This document shows, one piece after another, positions 9,061 to 17,847 of a DNA stretch of 64,000 bases. Location: assembly GCA_947623205.1 (NCBI GenBank), contig CANQGM010000010.1, positions 12,811 through 76,810 of the forward strand, given 5' to 3'. A program made the translations under genes and the position numbers. Numbering within the stretch: position 1 is the first letter of the stretch; each line of letters opens with the position of its first letter. This DNA is from an uncultured Clostridia bacterium (GTDB lineage: Bacteria > Bacillota > Clostridia > Oscillospirales > Acutalibacteraceae). Below the pieces are notes generated by a model. It made no database searches. It was not told where the DNA came from and saw only the letters and a list, made by a program, of their open reading frames with translations.

Positions 9061-9327
9061 TTAAGCAGAAGTATCCATAACCAGACCAAGCAATGCATAC
9101 AAGCCCTGGTCAAGAGCAAATATAAACAGTCCTACAACAACGATTACGCCAATTACAATAGCAAAATTCTTTGTAGTCTGTTTTGCTGACGGCCATGTAA
9201 TTTTCTTAAGTTCGCCCTTACAAGCGCCGAGGTACTTTATAAGCCTTTTAAAAGCGTTAGGCTTTTTGCTTTTTTTAGCGGGCTTTTTTGCCTCAGCTTT
9301 TTTTGCTTCAAGCTTTGTATCAGCCAT
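9061..9327 (-). CDS. secE: Preprotein translocase subunit SecE
   Basis: ELKKITWPS motif plus one TM helix; sits between rpmG and nusG. Confidence 0.95.
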   Translation of the reverse strand: MADTKLEAKKAEAKKPAKKSKKPNAFKRLIKYLGACKGELKKITWPSAKQTTKNFAIVIGVIVVVGLFIFALDQGLYALLGLVMDTSA

Positions 9328-9339
9328 AATGTACCTCCG

Positions 9340-9489
9340 TTATTTTGTTTCTTTGTGAAGAGTGTGTTTTTTACAGAAGCGACAATACTTGTTCATTTCA
9401 AGTCTGTCGGGACTGTTCTTTTTGTTCTTATTAGTGTTATAGTTGCGCTGTTTGCACTCTGTGCAGGCCAATGTGATTTTAACTCTCAT
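9340..9489 (-). CDS. rpmG: 50S ribosomal protein L33 (zinc-binding form; missing from the ORF track)
   Basis: Hand translation: [49 protein letters not shown]; RBS GGGAGG. Confidence 0.98.
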   Translation of the reverse strand: MRVKITLACTECKQRNYNTNKNKKNSPDRLEMNKYCRFCKKHTLHKETK

Positions 9490-9572
9490 AACGGCACCTC
9501 CCGGTTATTTTCGGAATATTTTAGCCTCCCTCAAAAGGGCACAAAAAATAAGCCCCTGTCAGAGGTAAAAAT

Positions 9573-9601
9573 ATTTTATCATATAAAAATTACTAAGTCA
9601 A
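9573..9601 (-). promoter_or_regulatory. Sigma-A promoter of the rpmG-secE-nusG operon
   Basis: TTGACT-N17-TAAAAT with a TG extension. Confidence 0.65.
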
Positions 9602-9664
9602 TAGTTTTTTTGAAAATAAGGCAATTTTTTGAAAACAATTTGTCTTAATATAACATGCAGTCGA

Positions 9665-10456
9665 TTATGAGTTTTTTAAAGTGCTTGCATTTGAAACACT
9701 TTTCTTCTTTGGCTTTTCAGCTTTAACCGTTTTCCCCTTGTATTTTCTTGCTGCATTCGCCGCCTTTTTAAGGTCATTATCAAAATATTCAGAAATTGTG
9801 TTGTAGCCCTCATCGTCAAGTGAATTGAGAATTACAATAGTAATAATTGAACGTGTGTCCGCATCGCCGTTGCCATACTGAAGATTGAACAATCCCGCAA
9901 TTTTCTCTGTCTCCGCCTTTGTTGCACGCTTAATGTATGCATCGACCTTAGGGGCGATTTTTTCTTTTGCAAATGTAGCTCCCCTAAACGGAAAATAGCC
10001 GTCCTCCTCGTACTTTATCTCATCTCTTAATTCGGGGAAGAAAGCTACAAACCGCTTTGCAAGAAACTTTGGATTTGCCGTGCCGTCATCGTCTTTTTTC
10101 TTTTTCTGTTTAACCTGTTTTGCTCTCTTGATTGCGACCGCACCCGAAACTCCTTCTGCAAAGTCATTTGCAATGCTTTCGGCGTCTTTCTGAGTGGATG
10201 TTTCTTCATCATAAAGCCACGTTGCAAGGGTTTTCCACTCGTTATCCGGGCCCTCCTCCGTCATTGAACATGAACGCAGAACCATTTGCTGTTTATCTTT
10301 ATAATATACAACCGAATAGGCAATATCCGGGTTTGTAAATAAAGCAACTATCTCGTTTGCATCCTCTGAAGCGACCTTCTGTTTTGTATATCCAAGTTTT
10401 TCGAGTTCAGATTCTACCCGTCCTACTATTAAGTCAAATGCTTTTTTAAAATCCAA
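9665..10456 (-). CDS. Hypothetical soluble protein, two domains joined by a Lys-rich linker
   Basis: Long ORF with normal composition. Likely TTG start at 10456 after RBS AAAGGA. No family recognised. Confidence 0.75.
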   Translation of the reverse strand: MDFKKAFDLIVGRVESELEKLGYTKQKVASEDANEIVALFTNPDIAYSVVYYKDKQQMVLRSCSMTEEGPDNEWKTLATWLYDEETSTQKDAESIANDFAEGVSGAVAIKRAKQVKQKKKKDDDGTANPKFLAKRFVAFFPELRDEIKYEEDGYFPFRGATFAKEKIAPKVDAYIKRATKAETEKIAGLFNLQYGNGDADTRSIITIVILNSLDDEGYNTISEYFDNDLKKAANAARKYKGKTVKAEKPKKKSVSNASTLKNS

Positions 10457-10605
10457 ATTTATCTTCCTTTCAGGCACGTTCAAGTTTGTTATTAGCCATT
10501 ATACAATTAAATGTATGTTTTGTCAAAGGTTTTGACTTGCAACATCCGGGGTATTATGTTATTATTTTAACTGTATGTTATTTTGATGTTAAAGAAGGTT
10601 TGAGT

Positions 10606-11424
10606 ATGTCTTCTTCAAACGCCATAGGAGTTTTTGACTCCGGGCTTGGCGGTCTGAGCGCCGTAAAAGAATTTTTGCACGTTCTTCCAAATGAAAAAAT
10701 AATATATTTTGGCGATACGGGCAGAGTTCCGTACGGCAACAGAAGCCGCGATACCATTATAAAGTACGCATTTCAGGACACAAACTTTTTGCTTGAAAAC
10801 AATGTAAAAATGGTTGTTGCCGCCTGCGGCACGGTAAGCTCGGTTGCGGGAAAGGCGCTTGAGAGCAAACTTTCTGTTCCCTATACGGGCGTTGTAAACC
10901 CCACCGCGTTTACCGCCGCCCACAAAACAAGCAACGGCAAAATCGGAGTAATAGGCACAGCTGCCACAATAGGAAGTCACAGCTACAAAAAGCGGCTGAA
11001 AAAGCTTAACTCTGAATTTGAGGTTTTTGAAAAAGCCTGTCCCCTCTTTGTTCCCCTTGTTGAAAACGGTTTTATATGCCGGGATGACCAGATAGTTCGC
11101 CTTGTTATCAGGCGTTATCTGTCAGAGCTAAAAGACAGGGGTATTGATACGCTTATTTTAGGCTGTACCCATTATCCCCTGCTCAGAGAAGCAATTTCAG
11201 ACTATATGGGAGACAAAGTTGCGCTTGTAGACTCGGGGTATGAAACGGCTGTTTACGCTGCAAAAATACTTAAAGAACAAAACCTGCTTAACGATGAAAA
11301 TTCGGTAAAAAAACCAGAATTTTTTGTAAGCGACACTCCTGACGATTTTGAAAACGTGGCGGGGCTGTTCCTTGGACGAAATATGGAACATACAGTCACT
11401 CAGATAGATATTGAACAATACTGA
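10606..11424 (+). CDS. murI: Glutamate racemase
   Basis: IGVFDSGLGGLS, GDTGRVPYG, VAACGT and ILGCTHYP motifs. Start at 10606. Confidence 0.97.
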   Translation: MSSSNAIGVFDSGLGGLSAVKEFLHVLPNEKIIYFGDTGRVPYGNRSRDTIIKYAFQDTNFLLENNVKMVVAACGTVSSVAGKALESKLSVPYTGVVNPTAFTAAHKTSNGKIGVIGTAATIGSHSYKKRLKKLNSEFEVFEKACPLFVPLVENGFICRDDQIVRLVIRRYLSELKDRGIDTLILGCTHYPLLREAISDYMGDKVALVDSGYETAVYAAKILKEQNLLNDENSVKKPEFFVSDTPDDFENVAGLFLGRNMEHTVTQIDIEQY

Positions 11425-11438
11425 TTAAGAGGTCAAAA

Positions 11439-11873
11439 ATGGCAGATAAGGAAAAGTATATCATATCAATAATCGGTGAACAGATACTTGACGGTGACTC
11501 GGACAAAGTTGAAGTTCTGACAGCCGGTAATTATATAATGAAAAACGGTCACAGCTACATAGGCTATAAAGAATATGACGAAAACGATCCAAACGAATAT
11601 TATGACAATCTTATTAAAGTTGAAAATGACCTTGTAACAATAACCCGAAGAGGGCCTATGAAATCTCAGTTAATGCTCGAAAAGGGCAAACGCCACCAAT
11701 GTATTTATCAGACTGCTGCAGGCGACCTGATGATCGGTGTTTTTACAAAAACACTTTGCAGCACTTTAAATAAAAACGGCGGTACGCTTGAGGTAAGCTA
11801 CACCCTTGATTTTAATACAGACCTTGTAAGTGAAAACCGCTTTAAAATTAAGGTTGAGAAAAAATCAAACTGA
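11439..11873 (+). CDS. DUF1934 family protein
   Basis: Beta-rich 144 aa with Y.T..G.L motif; lies directly upstream of argS, the usual Firmicutes context. Confidence 0.8.
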   Translation: MADKEKYIISIIGEQILDGDSDKVEVLTAGNYIMKNGHSYIGYKEYDENDPNEYYDNLIKVENDLVTITRRGPMKSQLMLEKGKRHQCIYQTAAGDLMIGVFTKTLCSTLNKNGGTLEVSYTLDFNTDLVSENRFKIKVEKKSN

Positions 11874-11891
11874 TTAAACGAGGTATAACAA

Positions 11892-13628
11892 ATGGACACT
11901 TACACATTGGCAGTAAATAATTTAAAACAGGCAATCACAACGGCAATTAATAAAGCTATTGAAAAAGGAGAACTGCCTCAGGCGGAAATTCCGCAGTTTA
12001 TTATTGAAACCCCCGCGGACAGAAGCCACGGCGACTTTGCTACAAACGCCGCAATGGCAGGCGCAAAATCATTCAGAATGCCGCCCTTTAAAATTGCACA
12101 GGCAATTACATCTAACCTTGAGCTTGAAAATACCATGTGCGAACGCTTTGAAACTGCCGGTCCGGGATTTATCAACTTTTTTCTCGGTTCAGAATTTTAC
12201 TCAAATGCAGTGCGTGAAATTCTTGCAAGCTCCGAAAAATACGGTCGCTCCGATTTTGGAAAGGGCGAAAAGGTAATGGTTGAATTTGTTTCTGCAAATC
12301 CTACCGGACCTATGCATATGGGCAATGCGCGCGGCGGAGCTCTCGGCGACTGTCTTGCGGCGGTTCTTGACAAAGCCGGATATGACGTATGGCGTGAATT
12401 TTATGTTAATGACGCCGGCAATCAAATTGAAAAGTTCGGCTGCTCTCTTGAAGCACGTTATTTGCAGATTTTTAAAGGCGATGAGATCCAATTTCCCGAG
12501 GACGGCTATCAGGGTGCGGATATAACCGAGCTTGCGCAGGAATATGCCGACAAATACGGCGACAGTCTTGTAAGCATTTCAGGCGAAGAACGCAGGACGG
12601 CGCTTGTAAATTATGCGCTGCCTAAAAATATAACTAAAATGCAGAATGATATGGCAAAATACAAGATTTTTTACGATAAATGGTTCTTTGAAAGCGAGCT
12701 CCACAAAAATGGAGAAGTAAAAGCCATAGTTGATCTGCTCAAAAAAAAGGGACTTACCTATGAAAAAGACGGCGCAGTATGGTATAAGAACAAACAGGTC
12801 TTAACAGAAAAGCTTCTTAAAGACGGCAAGTCGCAAAAATATATTGACAGTCTTGAACTGAAGGACGATGTTTTAATACGTCAGAACGGTAATCCAACCT
12901 ATTTTGCCGCTGACATTGCCTACCACAAAAACAAATTTGACAGAGGATTTACAACTTTGATAGACGTTTGGGGCGCGGATCACCACGGTCATGTTATGAG
13001 AATGAAAGGCGCAATGGACGCAATCGGATACAACGGAGACCGGCTAAATGTTGTTCTTATGCAGCTTGTAAAGCTTGTAAAGGGCGGGGAACTTGTAAAA
13101 ATGAGCAAGCGTACAGGAAAAGCAATTCAGCTTGGTGACTTGCTTGAAGAAGTACCCGTTGACAGCGCAAGGTTTTTGTTTAACACAAGGGAAGCAAATA
13201 CACAAATGGACTTTGACCTTGACCTTGCCGTTGCACAGGACAATCAAAATCCCGTATATTATGTTCAGTACGCACACGCAAGAATATGCAGTATTTTTAA
13301 ATCTCTTTCCAACGACGGAATTTCTCTGCGTGAATGTTCCGACAAGGAGCTTGCATTGCTCACAGCCCCTGAAGAACGAGAATTAATAAACCACCTTTCC
13401 CTATATGCAAGCGAAATTATCAATGCCGCTAAGGATTATGACCCGACAAAAATCACCCGCTATGTAACGCAGCTTGCCACGCTGTTCCACAAGTTTTATA
13501 ATGCCTGCCGTGTTAAAGGCGAAGACGAAGGACTTATGCAGGCACGTCTTGCCCTCTGCGAATGTGTTAAGTCGGTAATTAAAAATGTTTTGACAATGTT
13601 TAATATTTCCTGTCCCGAGGCAATGTGA
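11892..13628 (+). CDS. argS: Arginine--tRNA ligase
   Basis: HGDFATN, VEFVSANPTGPMHMGNARG (HIGH motif), WGADHHG, MSKRTG, YVQYAHARI. Confidence 0.98.
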   Translation: MDTYTLAVNNLKQAITTAINKAIEKGELPQAEIPQFIIETPADRSHGDFATNAAMAGAKSFRMPPFKIAQAITSNLELENTMCERFETAGPGFINFFLGSEFYSNAVREILASSEKYGRSDFGKGEKVMVEFVSANPTGPMHMGNARGGALGDCLAAVLDKAGYDVWREFYVNDAGNQIEKFGCSLEARYLQIFKGDEIQFPEDGYQGADITELAQEYADKYGDSLVSISGEERRTALVNYALPKNITKMQNDMAKYKIFYDKWFFESELHKNGEVKAIVDLLKKKGLTYEKDGAVWYKNKQVLTEKLLKDGKSQKYIDSLELKDDVLIRQNGNPTYFAADIAYHKNKFDRGFTTLIDVWGADHHGHVMRMKGAMDAIGYNGDRLNVVLMQLVKLVKGGELVKMSKRTGKAIQLGDLLEEVPVDSARFLFNTREANTQMDFDLDLAVAQDNQNPVYYVQYAHARICSIFKSLSNDGISLRECSDKELALLTAPEERELINHLSLYASEIINAAKDYDPTKITRYVTQLATLFHKFYNACRVKGEDEGLMQARLALCECVKSVIKNVLTMFNISCPEAM

Positions 13629-13740
13629 AATTTTAAAAAGAGATTTAAAAACATCAATTTTAAAAAATAATTCATTATAACGTATAACAAATAAAAAACT
13701 GCAAAAAATATAACCACCTAAATATAAGGTGGTTATTTTA

Positions 13741-13986
13741 ATGAGAAAAGAAACTGAAAGAAAAAATGAAAAATATCCTGTTGAACTGCCGTCACGCAGC
13801 AATGAAACAGAGCGTTCCCCTATTGTTGATGTGATAGAAAACGAGATTTATCCTCTTGAATTCAGTCACTCAAGCTCTATGCGTCATCAGAGCGGTGTTC
13901 ATATTCAGTCATTTGATAATATTTCAGAAGTGATCGCTACCGAAATAGAACCTGATACGGAAGGGCGAACCACTCGCGAACTGTAA
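13741..13986 (+). CDS. Small acidic hypothetical protein (81 aa), overlapping the 3' end of the convergent DUF218 gene
   Basis: RBS AAGGTGG, ATG at 13741, and a strong terminator 15 nt after the stop. Confidence 0.5.
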   Translation: MRKETERKNEKYPVELPSRSNETERSPIVDVIENEIYPLEFSHSSSMRHQSGVHIQSFDNISEVIATEIEPDTEGRTTREL

Positions 13987-14716
13987 ATGTGGGAAGATAC
14001 AAAAAGGAAGTGTCGGAGTTAACAGCTCCGACACTTCCTTTTATGCCGAGCTGATTTGCAATTATTCTTACACGCAATTGGTGAAAGCCGTCGGTCACCA
14101 CCGCAATATTTCCGTTTAATCCGTATTTTTCAATTATATTCATAGAAAATTCCAGATTTTCGGTTGTGTTCTCCGCTTTGTCCTCCTTATAAAGTCTTTT
14201 CTCATCAATACCGTTATTTTTTAAAGAATCAAACATAGACTGGGCCTCACTCATAGGTTCATCCGCACCCTGTCCGCCCGTAAGTACGGCGTATGTGTTA
14301 AGATTTTCTTTAAGATATTTATCCGCGGCATTGATCCTGCCCCTCAGCATAACACTGGGACCGCTGTTTTTGACCTGCGCTCCCAGAACAACTGCCGTTG
14401 CATTATCGGCAGGAGCCATACCGGCGCAGTAAATCATTGCGCCGGTAACAACCGCACCGTAAACTGTAAATAATATAAAACACACATTTACGATTCGATA
14501 AATCAGCCGCGTAACAAATTTTTTGCCGAATAAATTTTTAATAAAGCCGTGCAGCGGCGCAACGCTTATGCAGAAAACCCAGATACAAAGCAGTGCGCCT
14601 GATATATTTCCGGGATTTATCATATTTCCGGCCATAGGAATAACAAACAATCCAAAAAATATTATGGAAAGTAATGTTAATGAAGTGCGTATAATTAAAA
14701 GGAGTGTTTTTTTCAT
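13937..14716 (-). CDS. YdcF/ElyC (DUF218) family membrane protein
   Basis: Three N-terminal TM helices; VVLGAQV, LTGGQG, EDKAENTTENL, VVTDGFHQLR and REWFAL motifs. Confidence 0.88.
   Translation of the reverse strand: MKKTLLLIIRTSLTLLSIIFFGLFVIPMAGNMINPGNISGALLCIWVFCISVAPLHGFIKNLFGKKFVTRLIYRIVNVCFILFTVYGAVVTGAMIYCAGMAPADNATAVVLGAQVKNSGPSVMLRGRINAADKYLKENLNTYAVLTGGQGADEPMSEAQSMFDSLKNNGIDEKRLYKEDKAENTTENLEFSMNIIEKYGLNGNIAVVTDGFHQLRVRIIANQLGIKGSVGAVNSDTSFLYLPTFTVREWFALPYQVLFR
14002..14042 (+). terminator. Perfect 17-bp hairpin lying inside the DUF218 coding sequence
   Basis: AAAAGGAAGTGTCGGAG-ttaacag-CTCCGACACTTCCTTTT. Confidence 0.75.
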
Positions 14717-14823
14717 ATATATACCTCGTAAAATACATAATCATTTGCTTTGCAGTCCTATTTTAACACATATTTCAGCAAAATAAAATATTTAATATCA
14801 GATTTTTATTAGGAGAATATAAA

Positions 14824-15048
14824 TTGAAAACCCTTGACGATTTAAAAATCGGCGAGACCGGAACTGTTGCAAGGCTCGGTTCGTCGGGAGCATTGCGCCG
14901 CAGAATAATTGATATGGGAATAACACCGGAGACATCGGTTAAAAAATTAAAAACCGCGCCTTTCGGCGACCCGGTTATACTTTTGGTAAGAGGATACAGA
15001 TTAAGTATCCGCAAAAGCGAAGCTATGAAAATTTTTTTAAAAGGCTAA
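14824..15048 (+). CDS. feoA: Ferrous iron transport protein A
   Basis: LRRRIIDMGITP..APFGDPV..VRGYRLSIRK; TTG start after AGGAGA. Confidence 0.93.
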   Translation: MKTLDDLKIGETGTVARLGSSGALRRRIIDMGITPETSVKKLKTAPFGDPVILLVRGYRLSIRKSEAMKIFLKG

Positions 15049-15120
15049 ACATAACACGAAAGAAAGCTAACGCAATTTTATTACTAAAATAAATCAGTTA
15101 ATTATTATTGGGGTAACAAA

Positions 15121-17169
15121 ATGACTAAAACGGAAACACAATTTCAAATGAGCGGCAACATAAAAAACAAAACAATAAATGTTATGCTTGCAGGCAATCC
15201 AAACTGCGGCAAGACAACACTTTTTAATCAGCTTACCGGAAGCAGCCAGTATGTAGGCAACTGGCCGGGTGTTACGGTTGAAAAAAAGTCCGGCAGGGTG
15301 CGCGGCAAAACGGGCATAGATATTAAAGTTGTTGATTTGCCCGGCATATACTCCCTTTCGCCTTATACTCCCGAAGAAATTATAACAAGAAACTGTGTGC
15401 TTAATGACAGTCCCGATGTCATCATAAATATCATAGACGCTTCTAATATTGAACGAAACCTCTATCTTACTACCCAGCTTGCCGAGCTTGCAAAACCGAT
15501 TGTAATTGCGCTTAATATGTATGATATTCTTGAAAAAAACGGTGACAAAATAGACGTTGACCTTCTTGAAAAACAGCTTGATATCCCAATAGTTCCTATT
15601 TCTGCAAGTAAAAACATAGGGATTGATAAGCTGATTAAAAAAGTTATTGAACTTAATAATAAATCAAACTATATTAATGTAAAAAATATTTATTCGTATG
15701 AAATTGACCGCACTTTGAATAAAATTGAGAATGAGCTTGATATAAACACCTGCTGCAGGCGATGGACAGCCGTAAAGCTGTTTGAGGGCGACTCGGTCAC
15801 ATGGGAACGCTGCAATTTTACAAAAGAGCAGAAAAACCGCATACTTGCTCATCTGAATCAAATTCAAACATTAAAAAATTTTGACCGGGAAATGCTGATA
15901 GCCGATGAGCGATATAAATACATTTGTTCAATTACCAAAAATACGGTATTTAGAAAACATCCCGCTGATTACATAACAATTTCGGATAAAATAGATAATG
16001 TTATTGCAAACAGATTTTTTGCGATTCCGTTTTTTCTGTTTCTTATGCTTGCGGTGTTTACTGTGACTTTTGGAACACCGGGCACATTACTGCGTAACGG
16101 TGCAGAATATTTTATAAATGATATATTAGGCTCAACAATTCAAAAATTCTTAATTGCCGTTGGCGCGTCGTACACGGCACAAAGCCTTGTAATTGACGGT
16201 ATGGTCGCAGGGGTAGGCTCTGTTATATCATTTTTACCTCAGATTTTGCTGCTTTTCACTCTGCTTTCACTGCTTGAAGACAGCGGATATATGTCAAGAG
16301 CCGCGTTTATAATGGATAAGCCCTTAAGGTTTATAGGACTTTCGGGCAGGGCATTTGTTCCTATGCTAATGGGTTTTGGCTGTACGGTGCCGGCGGTGCT
16401 TGCGGCAAGAACCCTTGAAAATCAAAAGGATAAACGCCTTACCATACTTATTACACCTTTTATGTCATGCTCGGCAAAAATGCCTGTATATCTGCTGTTT
16501 ATTTCATACTTTTTTGCAGACAAAGGTCCTTTGATTATATTTGCAGTGTATCTGCTCGGAATAGCAGTTGGCGTTCTTACGGCACTTTTTTTCAAAAGCA
16601 CAATTTTAAAAGGAGAAAACGCGCCGTTTGTTATGGAGCTTCCTCCCTACCGTCTGCCCTCACCAAAAAGTATGTCGCTTCACGTTTGGAACAGGCTTAA
16701 AGACTTTCTTGTAAGAGCCGGTACCGTATTGCTTGGTGCGTCTGTTATCATATGGTTTTTACAAAGCTTTAATTTTTCAATAAAAATGGTTTCTGCTGAT
16801 GAAAGTATGCTCGCTTCAATAGGCAAAATCATTTCTCCGGTATTTTCAGTATGCGGGTTTGGCGACTGGCGCGCAGCCGTGTCGCTTTTAACGGGTATTG
16901 CCGCCAAAGAAAGCATTGTTTCTACCCTTTCCGTACTCTACACCGACGCAGGCTTTGCAAGCGCTTTTACTCCGTTGTCAGCATTTTCATTTATTGTATT
17001 CGTTTTGCTTTACACACCGTGCATAGCGGCTGTTTCTGCAATATACAAAGAAATGGGAAGCACAAAATGGACTTTGGTTTCTGTATTTTATCAGTTGTTT
17101 GCCGCGTGGCTTGCCTCTGCGCTTGTGTTTCAAATTGGTACGCTGATAATAAACTTGGGAATGATATAG
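15121..17169 (+). CDS. feoB: Ferrous iron transport protein B (copy 1)
   Basis: GNPNCGKTT, VGNWPGVTVE, DLPGIYSL, MGFGCTVPA, PFMSCSAK, APFVMELP, LLYTPC. Confidence 0.96.
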   Translation: MTKTETQFQMSGNIKNKTINVMLAGNPNCGKTTLFNQLTGSSQYVGNWPGVTVEKKSGRVRGKTGIDIKVVDLPGIYSLSPYTPEEIITRNCVLNDSPDVIINIIDASNIERNLYLTTQLAELAKPIVIALNMYDILEKNGDKIDVDLLEKQLDIPIVPISASKNIGIDKLIKKVIELNNKSNYINVKNIYSYEIDRTLNKIENELDINTCCRRWTAVKLFEGDSVTWERCNFTKEQKNRILAHLNQIQTLKNFDREMLIADERYKYICSITKNTVFRKHPADYITISDKIDNVIANRFFAIPFFLFLMLAVFTVTFGTPGTLLRNGAEYFINDILGSTIQKFLIAVGASYTAQSLVIDGMVAGVGSVISFLPQILLLFTLLSLLEDSGYMSRAAFIMDKPLRFIGLSGRAFVPMLMGFGCTVPAVLAARTLENQKDKRLTILITPFMSCSAKMPVYLLFISYFFADKGPLIIFAVYLLGIAVGVLTALFFKSTILKGENAPFVMELPPYRLPSPKSMSLHVWNRLKDFLVRAGTVLLGASVIIWFLQSFNFSIKMVSADESMLASIGKIISPVFSVCGFGDWRAAVSLLTGIAAKESIVSTLSVLYTDAGFASAFTPLSAFSFIVFVLLYTPCIAAVSAIYKEMGSTKWTLVSVFYQLFAAWLASALVFQIGTLIINLGMI

Positions 17170-17172
17170 ACT

Positions 17173-17442
17173 ATGTTTTATATATCCGCCGCCGATACAG
17201 TAATAGGAATAATTGCCGTGTTTTTTGTTGCGCTGTCCATATTTACTGTTTTTAAGAAAAACAAAACTAACTGCGGTAAATGCGGAAAATGCCCTTATAA
17301 CAGTAGCTGCACATTCAAAAAAGATGATTTACAGACTTATAAAAAATCTGCTTGCAGTTATTTTGTATTGACATTATTCGTGTGTTGGTTTATTATATTA
17401 AATGTAATATATTTATTAAGACAATTTGGAGCGATAATATGA
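17173..17442 (+). CDS. FeoB-associated Cys-rich membrane protein, apparently C-terminally extended
   Basis: TM helix followed by CGKCGKCPYNSSC, directly after feoB. Confidence 0.7.
   Translation: MFYISAADTVIGIIAVFFVALSIFTVFKKNKTNCGKCGKCPYNSSCTFKKDDLQTYKKSACSYFVLTLFVCWFIILNVIYLLRQFGAII
17368..17396 (+). promoter_or_regulatory. Sigma-A promoter of the zinc-ribbon gene, inside the tail of the upstream ORF
   Basis: TTGACA-N17-TATTAT. Confidence 0.7.
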
Positions 17443-17777
17443 AATGCCAAAACTGCGGTTTTGAAACCGAGCAAAATTACTGCCCTATGTGCGGCACTAA
17501 AGTTGCCGCTCAGCAAAATGAGCAGAACTTTAATCAGTATGGTCATCAACAGCGGACAACGCCTGCCTTTACAAATATTCCCGAAAATAATCAGACTGCC
17601 TATCCGCAGTCTGCTTCGCACAAATATCCTTCCGTTCCTCCAACACCTCCACAGAATATTTCCGCCGAAAAAAATAAAAGCGGCAAAAAAGCACTGACAA
17701 TAGTTTTGTCATGCCTGCTTGCCGCTGTAATTACTGTAGGTATAATAATAAACATTTATTCTGCCTGCGTTATATAA
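17439..17777 (+). CDS. Zinc-ribbon protein with a Gln/Pro-rich linker and a C-terminal TM helix
   Basis: MKCQNCG...YCPMCG; RBS GGAG; hydrophobic C-terminus. Confidence 0.75.
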   Translation: MKCQNCGFETEQNYCPMCGTKVAAQQNEQNFNQYGHQQRTTPAFTNIPENNQTAYPQSASHKYPSVPPTPPQNISAEKNKSGKKALTIVLSCLLAAVITVGIIINIYSACVI

Positions 17778-17814
17778 AAACATTTTATTTTATAACACCC
17801 TATATGCCAAAGCT

Positions 17815-17846
17815 AAAAACCGTGAAGTTTATACTTCACGGTTTTT
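17815..17846. terminator. Bidirectional terminator
   Basis: AAAAACCGTGAAGT-ttat-ACTTCACGGTTTTT. Confidence 0.85.
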
Positions 17847-17847
17847 G

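Noticed and set aside
9355-9648. 97-aa minus-strand ORF in the track
   Set aside because: Out-of-frame overlap of rpmG and its promoter; the real gene is the 49-aa L33.
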